Positions 8,928 to 18,700 of a DNA stretch of 37,731 nucleotides are shown here, piece by piece. Where the stretch lies: contig JBEKHC010000046.1 in NCBI GenBank assembly GCA_050012475.1, positions 1-37,731 on the forward strand. Direction: 5' to 3'. A model generated the notes under the pieces. It did no database searches. It worked only from the letters and a program-made list of their open reading frames with translations, and was not told the origin of the DNA. How positions within the stretch are numbered: position 1 is the stretch's first letter; the number at the start of each line of letters is the position of its first letter. This DNA is from Candidatus Velthaea sp. GTDB taxonomy: Bacteria; Vulcanimicrobiota; Vulcanimicrobiia; Vulcanimicrobiales; Vulcanimicrobiaceae. The position numbers were made by a program, and so were the translations under genes.

Positions 8928-10501
8928 CAGTGCAGAAAATAACGGTAGTTGGAAAACACCAACGCGATATCGCGTTCGTCGGCGGCGGCGATCACCTCGC
9001 CGTCGCGAATCGAACCGCTCGGCGCGATGACCGCCGTGACACCGGCGTCGGCGGCGGCGATCAAGCCGTCGGCGAACGGAAAGAATCCGTCGCTCGCGCA
9101 GGCGGCGCCGCGGGCAAAGCTGCCGGCGCGTTCGCCGGCGATCCGCACCGCGCTCACGCGATTGGTCTGACCGGCGCAGATGCCGCGTGTCACGCCGTCG
9201 CGCGCAATGGTCACGCCGTTTGATTTCACGTGCCGCACGGTGTCCCAGGCGAACGCCAAATCGTTCCACTCCCGTGGCGCGGGCTGCCGCCGCGACGCGA
9301 CGTACCAGCGTTCGGGCGCGGCTCGCGGATCGTCGTCTTCGGCAAGCACGCCGCCCAGCGCGGAACGCACGCGCAATTCCTGGGCGATGCGCTCGGGCAT
9401 GCCGCGCGAGTAGCGCATGATGCGCAAATTTTTCTTCTTCTTGAGTTTCTCGAGACCGTCGGCGGTAAACGCCGGCGCGGCAACGATTTCCAAAAAGAAT
9501 TCGCCCAAGATGTTCGCGGTCTCGATGTCGATGAGCCCGTCGACGGCGATGATGCCGCCGAAGGCCGACACCGGGTCGGCCGCGAGCGCTTCGCGCACCG
9601 ACTGGGCCACCGTTGCGCGCTGCGCGACGCCGCACGGAACCGTGTGCTTGACGATCGCCGCGCGATGCGTCTGCGGAGGCGGATCGATCGCCATGCCGTA
9701 CGGCGCGCGCACGAGCAGTCGCAACGTAGCGTCGAGATCGAGCAAGTTATTGTACGAAAGCGTCTTGCCCCAAAGTTGTTCGGGCAGCTTCGCTTCGCGC
9801 GCGAGATAAAACGCTGCGCGGTCCTGCGGATTCTCGCCGTAGCGTAAGGGCTGTTCGATCGGGATCGTCAGCGCCAGCGAACCGGGCAGATCGTTGGCGA
9901 GCAAGCCCGCCTCCAAATAGCGAGCGATCGCGCTGTCGTACTCGGCGGTGCGCTCGAACGCCCGCGTCGCGAGCGTGCGGCGCGCCGCGACGTCCGGTCC
10001 GCCCGTTGCCAGCGTGGCCTGAAAGGCGGGATATTGCGCGGGATCGCTGAGCACGCTGACGTTGGTGTAATTTTTCGCCGCGGCGCGCAGCAGCGAGACC
10101 CCGCCGATATCGATTTGCTCGATCGCTTCTTCGAGCGTGGCGCCGACGCGCGCGACGGTTTCCTCAAACGGATACAAATTCACGATCACGGTCCCGATCG
10201 CCGGCACGCCGTACCGCTTGGCTTCGGCGACGTGTTCGGGATTGGACCGATCGGCGAGAATCCCGCCGAAAACATTGGGATGCAGCGTTTTCACCCGCCC
10301 GTCGAAGAGTGGCGGACAGCCGGTGAGATCGCCGACGTCGCCGGCCTCCACGCCGGCGGCCAGGAGATGCCGGCGCGTGCCGCCGGTGGCGAAGATCGGC
10401 ACGCCGGCGGCCGCCAATGCCGCCGCCAGCTCGGCAATCCCGGTGCGATCGTGTACCGAGATGAGCGCTGCGCCGGCCAGCGACGACGTCACGTCGGACA
10501 A
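8927..10501 (-). CDS. purH: Bifunctional AICAR formyltransferase/IMP cyclohydrolase
   Basis: GRVKTLHP, IEQIDIGG..LLRAAAKN, LRYGENPQ, SYNNLLD, VKSN and ASDGFFPFAD motifs. Start at TTG 10501 or GTG 10492. Confidence 0.97.
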   Translation of the reverse strand: MSDVTSSLAGAALISVHDRTGIAELAAALAAAGVPIFATGGTRRHLLAAGVEAGDVGDLTGCPPLFDGRVKTLHPNVFGGILADRSNPEHVAEAKRYGVPAIGTVIVNLYPFEETVARVGATLEEAIEQIDIGGVSLLRAAAKNYTNVSVLSDPAQYPAFQATLATGGPDVAARRTLATRAFERTAEYDSAIARYLEAGLLANDLPGSLALTIPIEQPLRYGENPQDRAAFYLAREAKLPEQLWGKTLSYNNLLDLDATLRLLVRAPYGMAIDPPPQTHRAAIVKHTVPCGVAQRATVAQSVREALAADPVSAFGGIIAVDGLIDIETANILGEFFLEIVAAPAFTADGLEKLKKKKNLRIMRYSRGMPERIAQELRVRSALGGVLAEDDDPRAAPERWYVASRRQPAPREWNDLAFAWDTVRHVKSNGVTIARDGVTRGICAGQTNRVSAVRIAGERAGSFARGAACASDGFFPFADGLIAAADAGVTAVIAPSGSIRDGEVIAAADERDIALVFSNYRYFLH

Positions 10502-10502
10502 C

Positions 10503-13500
10503 TTATGAGACGAGGGCGGGTTCGCGTACTTCATCGATCTCAGGATGCGGCGCAGCGGGCTGCGTGTCCAGCGTTACGGAGATGATCGAACTCACACCGG
10601 GTTCAGCCATGGTAACTCCATACATGCGGGAGGCCAGTTCCATCGTTTTCTTGTTGTGGGTGACCACGAGAATTTGCGCCGCGGCGGCGACCTCGCGAAT
10701 CATCGCCGAAAGCCGGTCGACGTTGGCGTCGTCGAGCGCGGCGTCGACCTCGTCGAGCAGGTAGAAGGGTGACGGTTTGACCCGGATGAGCGCGAAGATC
10801 AGCGCTGCCGCCGTCATCGCGCGCTCGCCGCCCGAGAGCGCCGGCAGCGCGGTCATCTTCTTGCCCGGCGGCGCGACGGCGATCTCGATCCCCGTTTCGG
10901 ACAGATTCTCGGGATCCGTTTGCCACATCTTGGCTTGACCGCCGGGAAACAACCGCGCGAACATCGCTTCGAATTGGGTCCGCACCGCCTCGAACGTCGT
11001 GTTGAACACGGTTTGGCAGGCGGTTTCGATCTCTTTGATCGTCGCCAACAGCGTTTCACGCGCGCGCGCCAGATCGTCCATCTGGGCGCGCAGAAACGCC
11101 TCGCGCTCGGCGAGTTCAGCACGGTCGGACTCGGCATTGAGGTTCACGTTGGCCAGCCGCGCCAACTCTTCGCGCAGCCGCGGAACGTCGTCGACGACGT
11201 CGTCGCGCTCTTGCGCATACCGCTCGGAGACGTCGCGCACTTCGTCGTCGCTCGCCGGGTTTTGGGCGAAGGTGGTTTGCAGCATCCCCAGCTCCGCATC
11301 GATCTCGGCCAACCGGCGCCGCCGGTCTCCGGCGGCAGCCGTCGCTTCGCGGTCCTCGCGCTGGGCGATCCGTTCGGCGGCTTCCTTTTGCGCCGCCTCG
11401 TCGGCGTTGGCTTCGCGGCTGCGGCGGGCCGTTTCGACCGCGGCATCGGCGGCGGCCACGCCTTCCTGCGCGTGCGCCAACTGCATCTCCAGCGTCAGCG
11501 TCCGTCCGCGCAGCACGTCGAGCTCGTGCAGCATGTGTTCGCGGGCGGCAGCCGCACGCTCGACGTTGGCGTCGAGCAGTCCGAGCCGGGTGGCGGCCCC
11601 TTCGCGTTGCGCACCGAGCGCCGCGCTTTGTTCGCGCAACGCGCTGGCGTCCGCGACGACGGCGGCATGAGCGGCTTCCACCTCCGCGATCGTGGCGCGC
11701 GCCGCCGCCAGCCCGGCTTCGAGCTGCGCGCGCTGCTCGCCGAGATCGACGTGCTCTTCGGCAACGCCTTCGAGCGCGTGCAGCCGCGCTGTCGTTTCCT
11801 CGTGACCGTCCTGCATCGCTGCGGTTCGCTGCGCGGCGACGGCGCGTTCGGCATCGATCCGCGCGATATCGGCGGCCAGCGATTCCAGCTGCGTGCGCAC
11901 GTCGCGCAGCGAGATCTCGGCGGCGCCGGCGGCGTTCATCGCTTCCTCACGTTCGATCGCGCTGGCGCTCATGACGCTGCGCGCGGCGTTGCCGTCGCGC
12001 TCGATGTGTTCGAGTTCGGCCCGCAGTTCGGGGATGCGTTCGCGCAGCGAATGCGCTTGCGCGCGCCGGGCGAGGATCGAGCGCTCGCGGCGCGAGCGTC
12101 CGCCGGTGATCGCCCCGCCGCCCAAAATTTGTTCGCCGTCGAGCGTGACGATCGAATCGCGGAAGCCCTCGCCGCGCACCAGCGCGATCCCCGTTGGCAA
12201 CGCGTCGACGATCAGGATGCGGCCGACCAGAAACGCCACGATGCCTTCATAGCGGGCGGCGGTGCGCACGAGCGTATGGGCGTAACCGATCACCCCGGCC
12301 CGGCCGGCCAGGCCGCGGAGGGCGTGGCCTTCGCGCGACGCCAGCGTGTCGAGCGGCAAGAACGTCGCCCGGCCCAATTCGCGCGTGCGCAGATAGGCGA
12401 CGGCGCGTTCGGCATCCTCCGATGTTGCGGTGACCAGATTCGAGAGACCGGCGCCGAACGCGACGTCGAGCGCCCGGGCGAACTCTTCGTCGACCTCGAT
12501 CAGGTTGGAGACGACGCCGAGCAGGCCGCGCAGCTCCCCGCGCTGGGCGGCTTCGACGACGGCGCGCGTGCCCGGCACGTGCCCTTCGAGCGTTGCCTCG
12601 AGCTCTTCGATCGTATGCAGGCGCGCCTCCGCCGAGGCCAGCTCGTTGGCAATCGTGCGGTAGCGCGTCTGCAGCGCGGCGACGCTCGCGGCCGCTTCGT
12701 CGCCGCGCGTCTGCGCCTCCGCGGCAGCGTCGCGCTGGGCGGCAGCTTCGGTCTCGTACATTTGCACGAGCGCTTCGCGTTCGGTGACGGCGGCGCGCGC
12801 GTTCTCGGTCTGCGCCGCCGACTTCTCGCTTTCATCGAATGCGCGCGCGAGTTCGGCGGCGAGCCGTTCGAGCTCGGTCCGCGCGCTTTGAATTTGCGCG
12901 CGGCGTTCGGCTTCGCTGGCGGCGCGCTCGGCGGCCAATGCTTCGACCGCACGCAGCTCGGTGTAGATCGTATCCAGCCCGTGTCGCGCCTGCGTGACCG
13001 CGGCGATCGCCGCCAGTTCGCGCTCGCGGGCAGCGTCGGCGAGCGGACCGAGCGCAGCGAGCCGTCCGTCGAGTTCTTCGATCGTCGAACGCAGCGCGAC
13101 GCGTTCGGCTTCAGCGCGCTCGTGGTCGGCAACGGACGATGACGACTGCACCGTGAGCGCGTCGCGCCGCGCGACGGCCGCGGCACGTTCGGCATCCAGC
13201 CCCGCGTGTTCCGCGCGCGCCGCTTGCGCGGCTTCGCGTTGCGCTTCGAGTTCCAACTCCAGCGTGTACAGCGTGTTGCGCAGCGCCGAAAGTTCGGCCC
13301 CCAGGACCGCTGCGTGGGCGGCCGCGCGCGTGCGGCTTTCATCGAACGCCGCCACTTCGGCTTGCACGCGCTCGCGCTCTTCGCGGCGCGAAGCGCTGGC
13401 ACGCACATAGGCCAGGATCTCGAGGTCGCGCAACCGCGCGGACACTTTGCGGTAACGCTTCGCGCGCCGCACGTGCGCGTCGAGTTCGGGAATCCGCCGC

Positions 13501-14096
13501 TCGAGTTCGGCGATCAAATCGTTGACGCGGATCGCATTTTGTTCCGTGCCGTCCAAGCGCCGCAGCGCTTCGGCTTTGCGCGCCAAGAATTTCGCGATCC
13601 CGGCGGTCTCCTCGAAGAGCGAGCGGCGTTCGGTCGGCTTCGAGGACAGGATCGCATCGATCTGACCCTGCGACACGATTGCATAGGAACCCGGCCCAAG
13701 CCCCGTGCCCATCAGCAGTTCGTGCACGTCGCGCAGCCGGACGTGATTGCGATTGATGAAATACTCCGATTCACCCGCGCGATACGCGCGGCGGGTGATC
13801 TGCACCTGGGCAAAATCGAGCGCCAGTGCCCGGTCGTCGTTGTCGAACGTCAGGGTGACTTCGGCCATGCCCAGCGGTTTGCGGCTGGTATTGCCGGCGA
13901 AGATCACGTCTTCCATCTTCTGCGAGCGCAGGCTGCGCGAAGACTGCTCGCCGAGCACCCAGCGGATCGCATCGACGAGATTCGATTTGCCCGAGCCGTT
14001 GGGGCCGACGACGGCGGTAATGCCGGGGATGAATTCAAGCGTCGTCGCTTCGGCGAACGTCTTGAAGCCGAAGACCTTGAGCGACTTTAACCGCAT
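10503..14096 (-). CDS. smc: Chromosome segregation protein SMC
   Basis: GFKTFA...GPNGSGKSN Walker A, coiled coils, GRATFLPL hinge, LSGGE signature and LLDEVDAALD Walker B. Confidence 0.97.
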   Translation of the reverse strand: MRLKSLKVFGFKTFAEATTLEFIPGITAVVGPNGSGKSNLVDAIRWVLGEQSSRSLRSQKMEDVIFAGNTSRKPLGMAEVTLTFDNDDRALALDFAQVQITRRAYRAGESEYFINRNHVRLRDVHELLMGTGLGPGSYAIVSQGQIDAILSSKPTERRSLFEETAGIAKFLARKAEALRRLDGTEQNAIRVNDLIAELERRIPELDAHVRRAKRYRKVSARLRDLEILAYVRASASRREERERVQAEVAAFDESRTRAAAHAAVLGAELSALRNTLYTLELELEAQREAAQAARAEHAGLDAERAAAVARRDALTVQSSSSVADHERAEAERVALRSTIEELDGRLAALGPLADAARERELAAIAAVTQARHGLDTIYTELRAVEALAAERAASEAERRAQIQSARTELERLAAELARAFDESEKSAAQTENARAAVTEREALVQMYETEAAAQRDAAAEAQTRGDEAAASVAALQTRYRTIANELASAEARLHTIEELEATLEGHVPGTRAVVEAAQRGELRGLLGVVSNLIEVDEEFARALDVAFGAGLSNLVTATSEDAERAVAYLRTRELGRATFLPLDTLASREGHALRGLAGRAGVIGYAHTLVRTAARYEGIVAFLVGRILIVDALPTGIALVRGEGFRDSIVTLDGEQILGGGAITGGRSRRERSILARRAQAHSLRERIPELRAELEHIERDGNAARSVMSASAIEREEAMNAAGAAEISLRDVRTQLESLAADIARIDAERAVAAQRTAAMQDGHEETTARLHALEGVAEEHVDLGEQRAQLEAGLAAARATIAEVEAAHAAVVADASALREQSAALGAQREGAATRLGLLDANVERAAAAREHMLHELDVLRGRTLTLEMQLAHAQEGVAAADAAVETARRSREANADEAAQKEAAERIAQREDREATAAAGDRRRRLAEIDAELGMLQTTFAQNPASDDEVRDVSERYAQERDDVVDDVPRLREELARLANVNLNAESDRAELAEREAFLRAQMDDLARARETLLATIKEIETACQTVFNTTFEAVRTQFEAMFARLFPGGQAKMWQTDPENLSETGIEIAVAPPGKKMTALPALSGGERAMTAAALIFALIRVKPSPFYLLDEVDAALDDANVDRLSAMIREVAAAAQILVVTHNKKTMELASRMYGVTMAEPGVSSIISVTLDTQPAAPHPEIDEVREPALVS

Positions 14097-14100
14097 GCGT

Positions 14101-14919
14101 TCAGATCGGTGCTTTCGGTTTGGGATTGGATGTACGTTTGGAGCGCGAGCGAAACGCGATCACCCGGCCGGACGATGAATCCGTTGCCGCTTCATTCGAC
14201 ATCGTGGGCGGCGGTGCCTCAGGAGGAGTTCGCCCGCGCAGTGACGCGACGGCCATTGCAGCGGCGCTGAGCTGGGCGGCCTTCTTGGTCGGCCCGATAC
14301 CTTCGCCGAGCACTTCATCGCCAACGCGAACTTGCGAGGTGAAACGGCGATCGTGCTCCGGGCCCTCGGCTCGTTCGAAATACATCGGCTGCGGACACAA
14401 GCGGGTGCGGGTGAGTTCCAACAACACCGATTTGGCGTCGGGATCGGCGAGGTCACGGCGATCGATCGCGGCGAGATGCTCGCGGCGGATGAACGCGCTC
14501 ACCGTCGCTAGGTCGGTGGCAAGATACAGCGCGCCGAGATAGGCTTCGAACGCGTCGCCCAAAATCGAGGTGTTGTCGATCGCGCCCGGCCGCTGCAAGC
14601 CGTGACCGACGACAACCAAATCGCCGAAGCCCAGCCGGCGCGCCGACTTCGCGCACGACTCGCCGCTGACCAGCACCGTTTTGCGTTGAGCCAACTCGCC
14701 TTCACGCGCTTGCGGATACGTTTCGAACAAATACTGGGCGGTGACAAAACCCAGCACCGCATCGCCGAAGAACTCGAGCCGCTGATTCGACCGGCCCGCC
14801 ATCTCGTGCGCCGCCGATTCGTGGACGAACGCCGGCTCGACCGCCGCCGGGTCGAGCGTCGCGGCACCGCTGAGCTTGAGCAGTGCGCGCAGCTTGCGGC
14901 GCCGGACTTCACCCGGCAT
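14101..14919 (-). CDS. rnc: Ribonuclease III
   Basis: NQRLEFFGDAVLG and DAFEAYLGA motifs plus a C-terminal dsRBD (GPEHDRRF...G.G.TKKAA). Confidence 0.95.
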   Translation of the reverse strand: MPGEVRRRKLRALLKLSGAATLDPAAVEPAFVHESAAHEMAGRSNQRLEFFGDAVLGFVTAQYLFETYPQAREGELAQRKTVLVSGESCAKSARRLGFGDLVVVGHGLQRPGAIDNTSILGDAFEAYLGALYLATDLATVSAFIRREHLAAIDRRDLADPDAKSVLLELTRTRLCPQPMYFERAEGPEHDRRFTSQVRVGDEVLGEGIGPTKKAAQLSAAAMAVASLRGRTPPEAPPPTMSNEAATDSSSGRVIAFRSRSKRTSNPKPKAPI

Positions 14920-14937
14920 GCGGGTTCGCCGAAGCGG

Positions 14938-16194
14938 TCACGCGGCGTGCTTCCCGAAAACGATCACCGCGTTGTGCCCGCCGAAACCAAAGCCGCTGGA
15001 CATCGCGATATTGACCGCCGCCCGGCGCGCGACGTTGGGAACGTAGTCGAGCCGGCACTCCGGATCCGGCGTTTCATAGTTGATCGTCGGCGGGATGATG
15101 CTGCGCGCGATCGCCAAAACCGTGGCGATCCCCTCGACTGCGCCCGCTGCGCCCAGCAGGTGACCGTGCATCGACTTCGTCGAGCTCACCGCGAGCTTGA
15201 ACGCATGCTCGCCGAAGACCCGTTCGATCGCCTGCGATTCGGCTAAATCGCCCAGTGGCGTGGAAGTGGCGTGCGCATTGATGTAGTCGACCGCTTCGGG
15301 CTCGATGTGCGCGCTGCGCAGGGCGCGGGTGAAGGCCAGCGCGACGCCCTTGGACGCCGGATCGGGCTGCGCGATGTGATACGCGTCGGCGGATTCGCCG
15401 TAGCCGAGGACCTCGGCGTAGATGCGCGCTCCGCGGGCCAGCGCGAACTCGCGCTCTTCGAAAATGAGCGCGCCGGCGCCCTCGGAAAGCACGAAGCCGT
15501 CGCGATCCTTATCGAACGGGCGTGACGCGCGGGCCGGCTCGTCGTTGCGCGTCGAGAGCGCCTTCATCGAGTCGAAGCCGCCCATCGCGGTGCCGATCAC
15601 GGTCGCATCGGACCCGCCGGTCACCATCGCAACGGCATCGCCGAACGCGATCTTCATGAACGCGACGGCCATCGCGTCGTTGGAACTGGCGCAGGCGCTC
15701 GCGACCGAGAACGTGGGTCCGCGCATCCCGTGCTTCATCGACACGTTGCCCGAGGCTGCATTGGCCATGAGCATCGGCACGAAAAAGGGCGAGATCCGGT
15801 CGTACGCACCCGTCGGCGACGTCGCGCGCACCGTATCTTCGACGGTAATGATGCCGCCGATCCCCGTGGCGATGATGACGCCGGTCTCTTGCCGCACCGC
15901 TGGATCGACCGGGAAATTCGCGTCGGCGATCGCTTGATCGGCCGCAACGGAGGCGAACTGGGCGTAGCGATCCATTTTACGCGCTTCTTTGCGCCCGATG
16001 ATCTTGTCGGCGTCAAAATGCTTGACCTCGCCCGCGATATGCGTGCGCAGTTTGGTCGAGTCGAAAGCGGTGATCGGGCCCACGCCGGACGCACCGGTGA
16101 TGAGCGCTTGCCAAAACGCCTCAAGATCGTTTCCTAAGGGTGTCACCGCGCCCAAGCCGGTGATCACCACGCGTCTTTTCTCCAAAACCTTCAC
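14938..16194 (-). CDS. fabF: Beta-ketoacyl-ACP synthase II
   Basis: RRVVITGLG, SACAS (catalytic Cys), INAHATST, SSTKSMHGHLLGAAG and GFGGHN motifs. Confidence 0.96.
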   Translation of the reverse strand: MKVLEKRRVVITGLGAVTPLGNDLEAFWQALITGASGVGPITAFDSTKLRTHIAGEVKHFDADKIIGRKEARKMDRYAQFASVAADQAIADANFPVDPAVRQETGVIIATGIGGIITVEDTVRATSPTGAYDRISPFFVPMLMANAASGNVSMKHGMRGPTFSVASACASSNDAMAVAFMKIAFGDAVAMVTGGSDATVIGTAMGGFDSMKALSTRNDEPARASRPFDKDRDGFVLSEGAGALIFEEREFALARGARIYAEVLGYGESADAYHIAQPDPASKGVALAFTRALRSAHIEPEAVDYINAHATSTPLGDLAESQAIERVFGEHAFKLAVSSTKSMHGHLLGAAGAVEGIATVLAIARSIIPPTINYETPDPECRLDYVPNVARRAAVNIAMSSGFGFGGHNAVIVFGKHAA

Positions 16195-16442
16195 GACATA
16201 CGCGCCGGACGCCGTGCGCCCTGCGCGCAGCGGGCGGTGTGACCCTCATGCATTACGTCGGACGCTTCGCTCTTGACAGGCCGTTCGGCTGCTAACCCGC
16301 GCCACTCCCCGCTGCCGTAATCCCTGAGGCACGCTTGATTGCTTACCTAAATCCGGCGATCGCTTGCTGTGTCCGGCCTCGCTCGGCTCTGCGGCGACGA
16401 TGGCGAAGTCGCAAGCCGAGGTTGCGGTCCCGGCCTGCGGTC

Positions 16443-16451
16443 TGCTACAAT
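16443..16451 (+). promoter_or_regulatory. Extended -10 promoter (TGC-TACAAT) of rpmA
   Basis: TGnTACAAT lies 9 nt before ATG 16461. No SD sequence. Confidence 0.6.
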
Positions 16452-16460
16452 CCCCGGGTT

Positions 16461-16751
16461 ATGTTCTTCTTCGATCTGCAGCTTTTTGCGTCCAAAAAGG
16501 GCGCCGGCTCGACCCGCAACGGCCGGGATTCGAACGCGCAGCGCCTGGGCGTGAAGCGTTTCGGCGGTCAGCTCGTCGTTCCGGGCAACGTCATCGTCCG
16601 GCAGCGCGGCACCCACTTTTACCCGGGTCTGGGCGTCGGGATCGGTAAAGACCACACACTTTTCGCCCTCGTCGAAGGTCACGTAACGTTCACGACCGCG
16701 CGCAATCGCAAGCACGTCAGCGTGCTGCCCGCGGCGCTCGCCTCCGGGTGA
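16461..16751 (+). CDS. rpmA: 50S ribosomal protein L27 with N-terminal extension
   Basis: [32 protein letters not shown]...IVRQRGT...GKDHTLFAL. Confidence 0.97.
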   Translation: MFFFDLQLFASKKGAGSTRNGRDSNAQRLGVKRFGGQLVVPGNVIVRQRGTHFYPGLGVGIGKDHTLFALVEGHVTFTTARNRKHVSVLPAALASG

Positions 16752-16770
16752 CGCTCGCAGACGCGTCGCC

Positions 16771-16796
16771 AAAAAAGAGCCCGCCGGGCTCTTTTT
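16771..16796. terminator. Intrinsic (bidirectional-type) terminator after rpmA
   Basis: AAAAAAGAGCCC-GCC-GGGCTCTTTTT is a perfect hairpin with A and T tails. Confidence 0.8.
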
Positions 16797-16814
16797 GATT
16801 TTCACCGCACCTTC

Positions 16815-18092
16815 ATGCAGTTTATCGACGAAGCGACCATCACCGTATCCGCCGGCAACGGCGGCGACGGCGTCGTTGCTTGGCGGCGCGAAAAGTACGT
16901 CCCGATGGGCGGCCCGGCCGGCGGCGACGGCGGCCGCGGCGGCAACGTCTATCTCGAGTCCACCCCGAACCTGAGCACCCTTGTCGACTTCCGGTTCAAG
17001 AAGCAGTTGGCGGCCGAATCGGGCAACGCCGGCTCGAACTCGCGCAAGTCGGGCAAGGCGGGGGCAGACTTGGTCATTCCGGTCCCGCCGGGAACCCTGG
17101 TCTACCGCGCCCCGATCGATGCCGAAGGCGTGACCGGGCCCGAGCGTTTGTTTGCCGACCTGAGCATCCCCGGCGAACGCGTTCTGGTCGCCAAAGGCGG
17201 CCGCTACGGCCAAGGAAACCAGCATTTTGCGACCAGCGCGCGGCAAGCGCCCCATTTCGCTGAGAAGGGACAGTCCGGCGAACGCTGCGTGCTGCGGTTG
17301 GAGCTTAAACTGCTCGCCGACGCCGGACTGATCGGGCTGCCCAATGCCGGCAAGTCGACGCTGCTTTCCGTCGTCTCGGCGGCGCGTCCCAAAGTCGCCG
17401 ACTACCCCTTCACGACCCTCGAACCGCAGCTGGGTGTCGTTCGGATCGCTGACGACGAGTCGTTCGTGATCGTCGACGTACCCGGTCTCATTGAAGGCGC
17501 CTCCGAAGGCGCCGGGCTCGGCGACCGCTTCCTGCGCCACGTCGAGCGAACCCGCGTCCTCGTCCACCTCATCGACGGCGAGCGGACCCGGGAAGAGCTG
17601 CTGAGCGATAAAGCCACCATTGAGAAAGAACTGCGCGCCTGGAATCCGGCGCTGCTCGAGAAGCCGCTCATCCCGGTGATCACCAAACTCGATCTGCCCG
17701 AAGCGCGCGCGCGGTTCGAGGAACTGGTGGCCGAGATCCCCGGCCTGCGCGGCGTCTCAGCCGCGACCGGCGAAGGGGTCCGCGAGCTGATGTACGCGGC
17801 TTGGGAGATCATTCGCGTGCTGCCGCCGCCTGCCGTCGCGACGCCCGAACCGGCGACGATCGATTTAGCGCCGAACGAGCCGTTCGAGGTCCGCGTCGAA
17901 GGCCGCGTGTTCGTGGTGAGCGGCGAGCGCATCGAACGTTTGGCCCAGATGACCGACTTCGACTCCGATGAGGCGCTGCTGCGTTTCGAGCAAGTGCTTG
18001 CGAAGCTCGGTGTCGAAAAGCGCTTGCGCGAACTCGGCGTGGCCGATGGCGACACCGTCCGCGTCGCCGGCGTTGAATTTACTTACAGTTAA
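16815..18092 (+). CDS. obgE: GTPase ObgE/CgtA with C-terminal OCT domain
   Basis: Gly-rich Obg fold, GLPNAGKST, YPFTTL and DVPGLIEGA motifs, and C-terminal LGV...G..DGDTV. Confidence 0.97.
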   Translation: MQFIDEATITVSAGNGGDGVVAWRREKYVPMGGPAGGDGGRGGNVYLESTPNLSTLVDFRFKKQLAAESGNAGSNSRKSGKAGADLVIPVPPGTLVYRAPIDAEGVTGPERLFADLSIPGERVLVAKGGRYGQGNQHFATSARQAPHFAEKGQSGERCVLRLELKLLADAGLIGLPNAGKSTLLSVVSAARPKVADYPFTTLEPQLGVVRIADDESFVIVDVPGLIEGASEGAGLGDRFLRHVERTRVLVHLIDGERTREELLSDKATIEKELRAWNPALLEKPLIPVITKLDLPEARARFEELVAEIPGLRGVSAATGEGVRELMYAAWEIIRVLPPPAVATPEPATIDLAPNEPFEVRVEGRVFVVSGERIERLAQMTDFDSDEALLRFEQVLAKLGVEKRLRELGVADGDTVRVAGVEFTYS

Positions 18093-18103
18093 GCCGTCGG
18101 TCG

Positions 18104-18700
18104 ATGAACATTGGAATCTTCGGCGGCGGCTTCGATCCGATTCATAACGGACATCTTTTCGTTGCTGAAGCAGTGCGTGATGACATCGGACTCGACAAAG
18201 TGGTCTTCGTTCCGACTCGCTCGGGCGCGCACCGTGCTGGACCGGTCGCAGCGCCCCACCACCGCGCGTCCATGGTGCGACTCGCGATCGCAGCCAATCC
18301 GGCATTCGCCTTCGACGAAAGCGACTTGGCCCCCGAGGCCTCGGGCTATACCGCCGACCTGCTGCCGATTCTGCGCGGGCGCTATCCCGGCGACGAGCTG
18401 CATTTCATCGTCGGCGGCGATTCGCTGGTGCGTTCGCGCTGGAGCCGGCTGGAGTCCGTTTTGGAGCAGTTGCGCGCGCTGGTGGTTGCGCCGCGCGGCG
18501 ACGTCACCCCCGCCGAGCTCGATCGTGCGTTGGCGGAGTTGTCCCCCGACCTGCGCGCCAAGGTACGCCTGCTCGATCTCCCGCTCGTCGCCGAATCGGC
18601 GACGCTCATTCGCAACCGGCTCGCCGCGCGGTGCAGCGTTCGCTATCTCGTCCCCGAACCCGTCTACCGATATATCGAAGAATGGAACCTGTACCGATGA
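18104..18700 (+). CDS. nadD: Nicotinate-nucleotide adenylyltransferase
   Basis: GIFGGGFDPIHNGHL, FIVGGDS, SATLIR and YLVPEPVYRYI...LY motifs. Located after obgE. Confidence 0.93.
   Translation: MNIGIFGGGFDPIHNGHLFVAEAVRDDIGLDKVVFVPTRSGAHRAGPVAAPHHRASMVRLAIAANPAFAFDESDLAPEASGYTADLLPILRGRYPGDELHFIVGGDSLVRSRWSRLESVLEQLRALVVAPRGDVTPAELDRALAELSPDLRAKVRLLDLPLVAESATLIRNRLAARCSVRYLVPEPVYRYIEEWNLYR

Noticed and set aside
10920..13142. 740-aa plus-strand ORF and many other long overlapping ORFs
   Set aside because: Stop-poor antisense frames typical of high-GC DNA opposite well-supported genes. No recognisable motifs.
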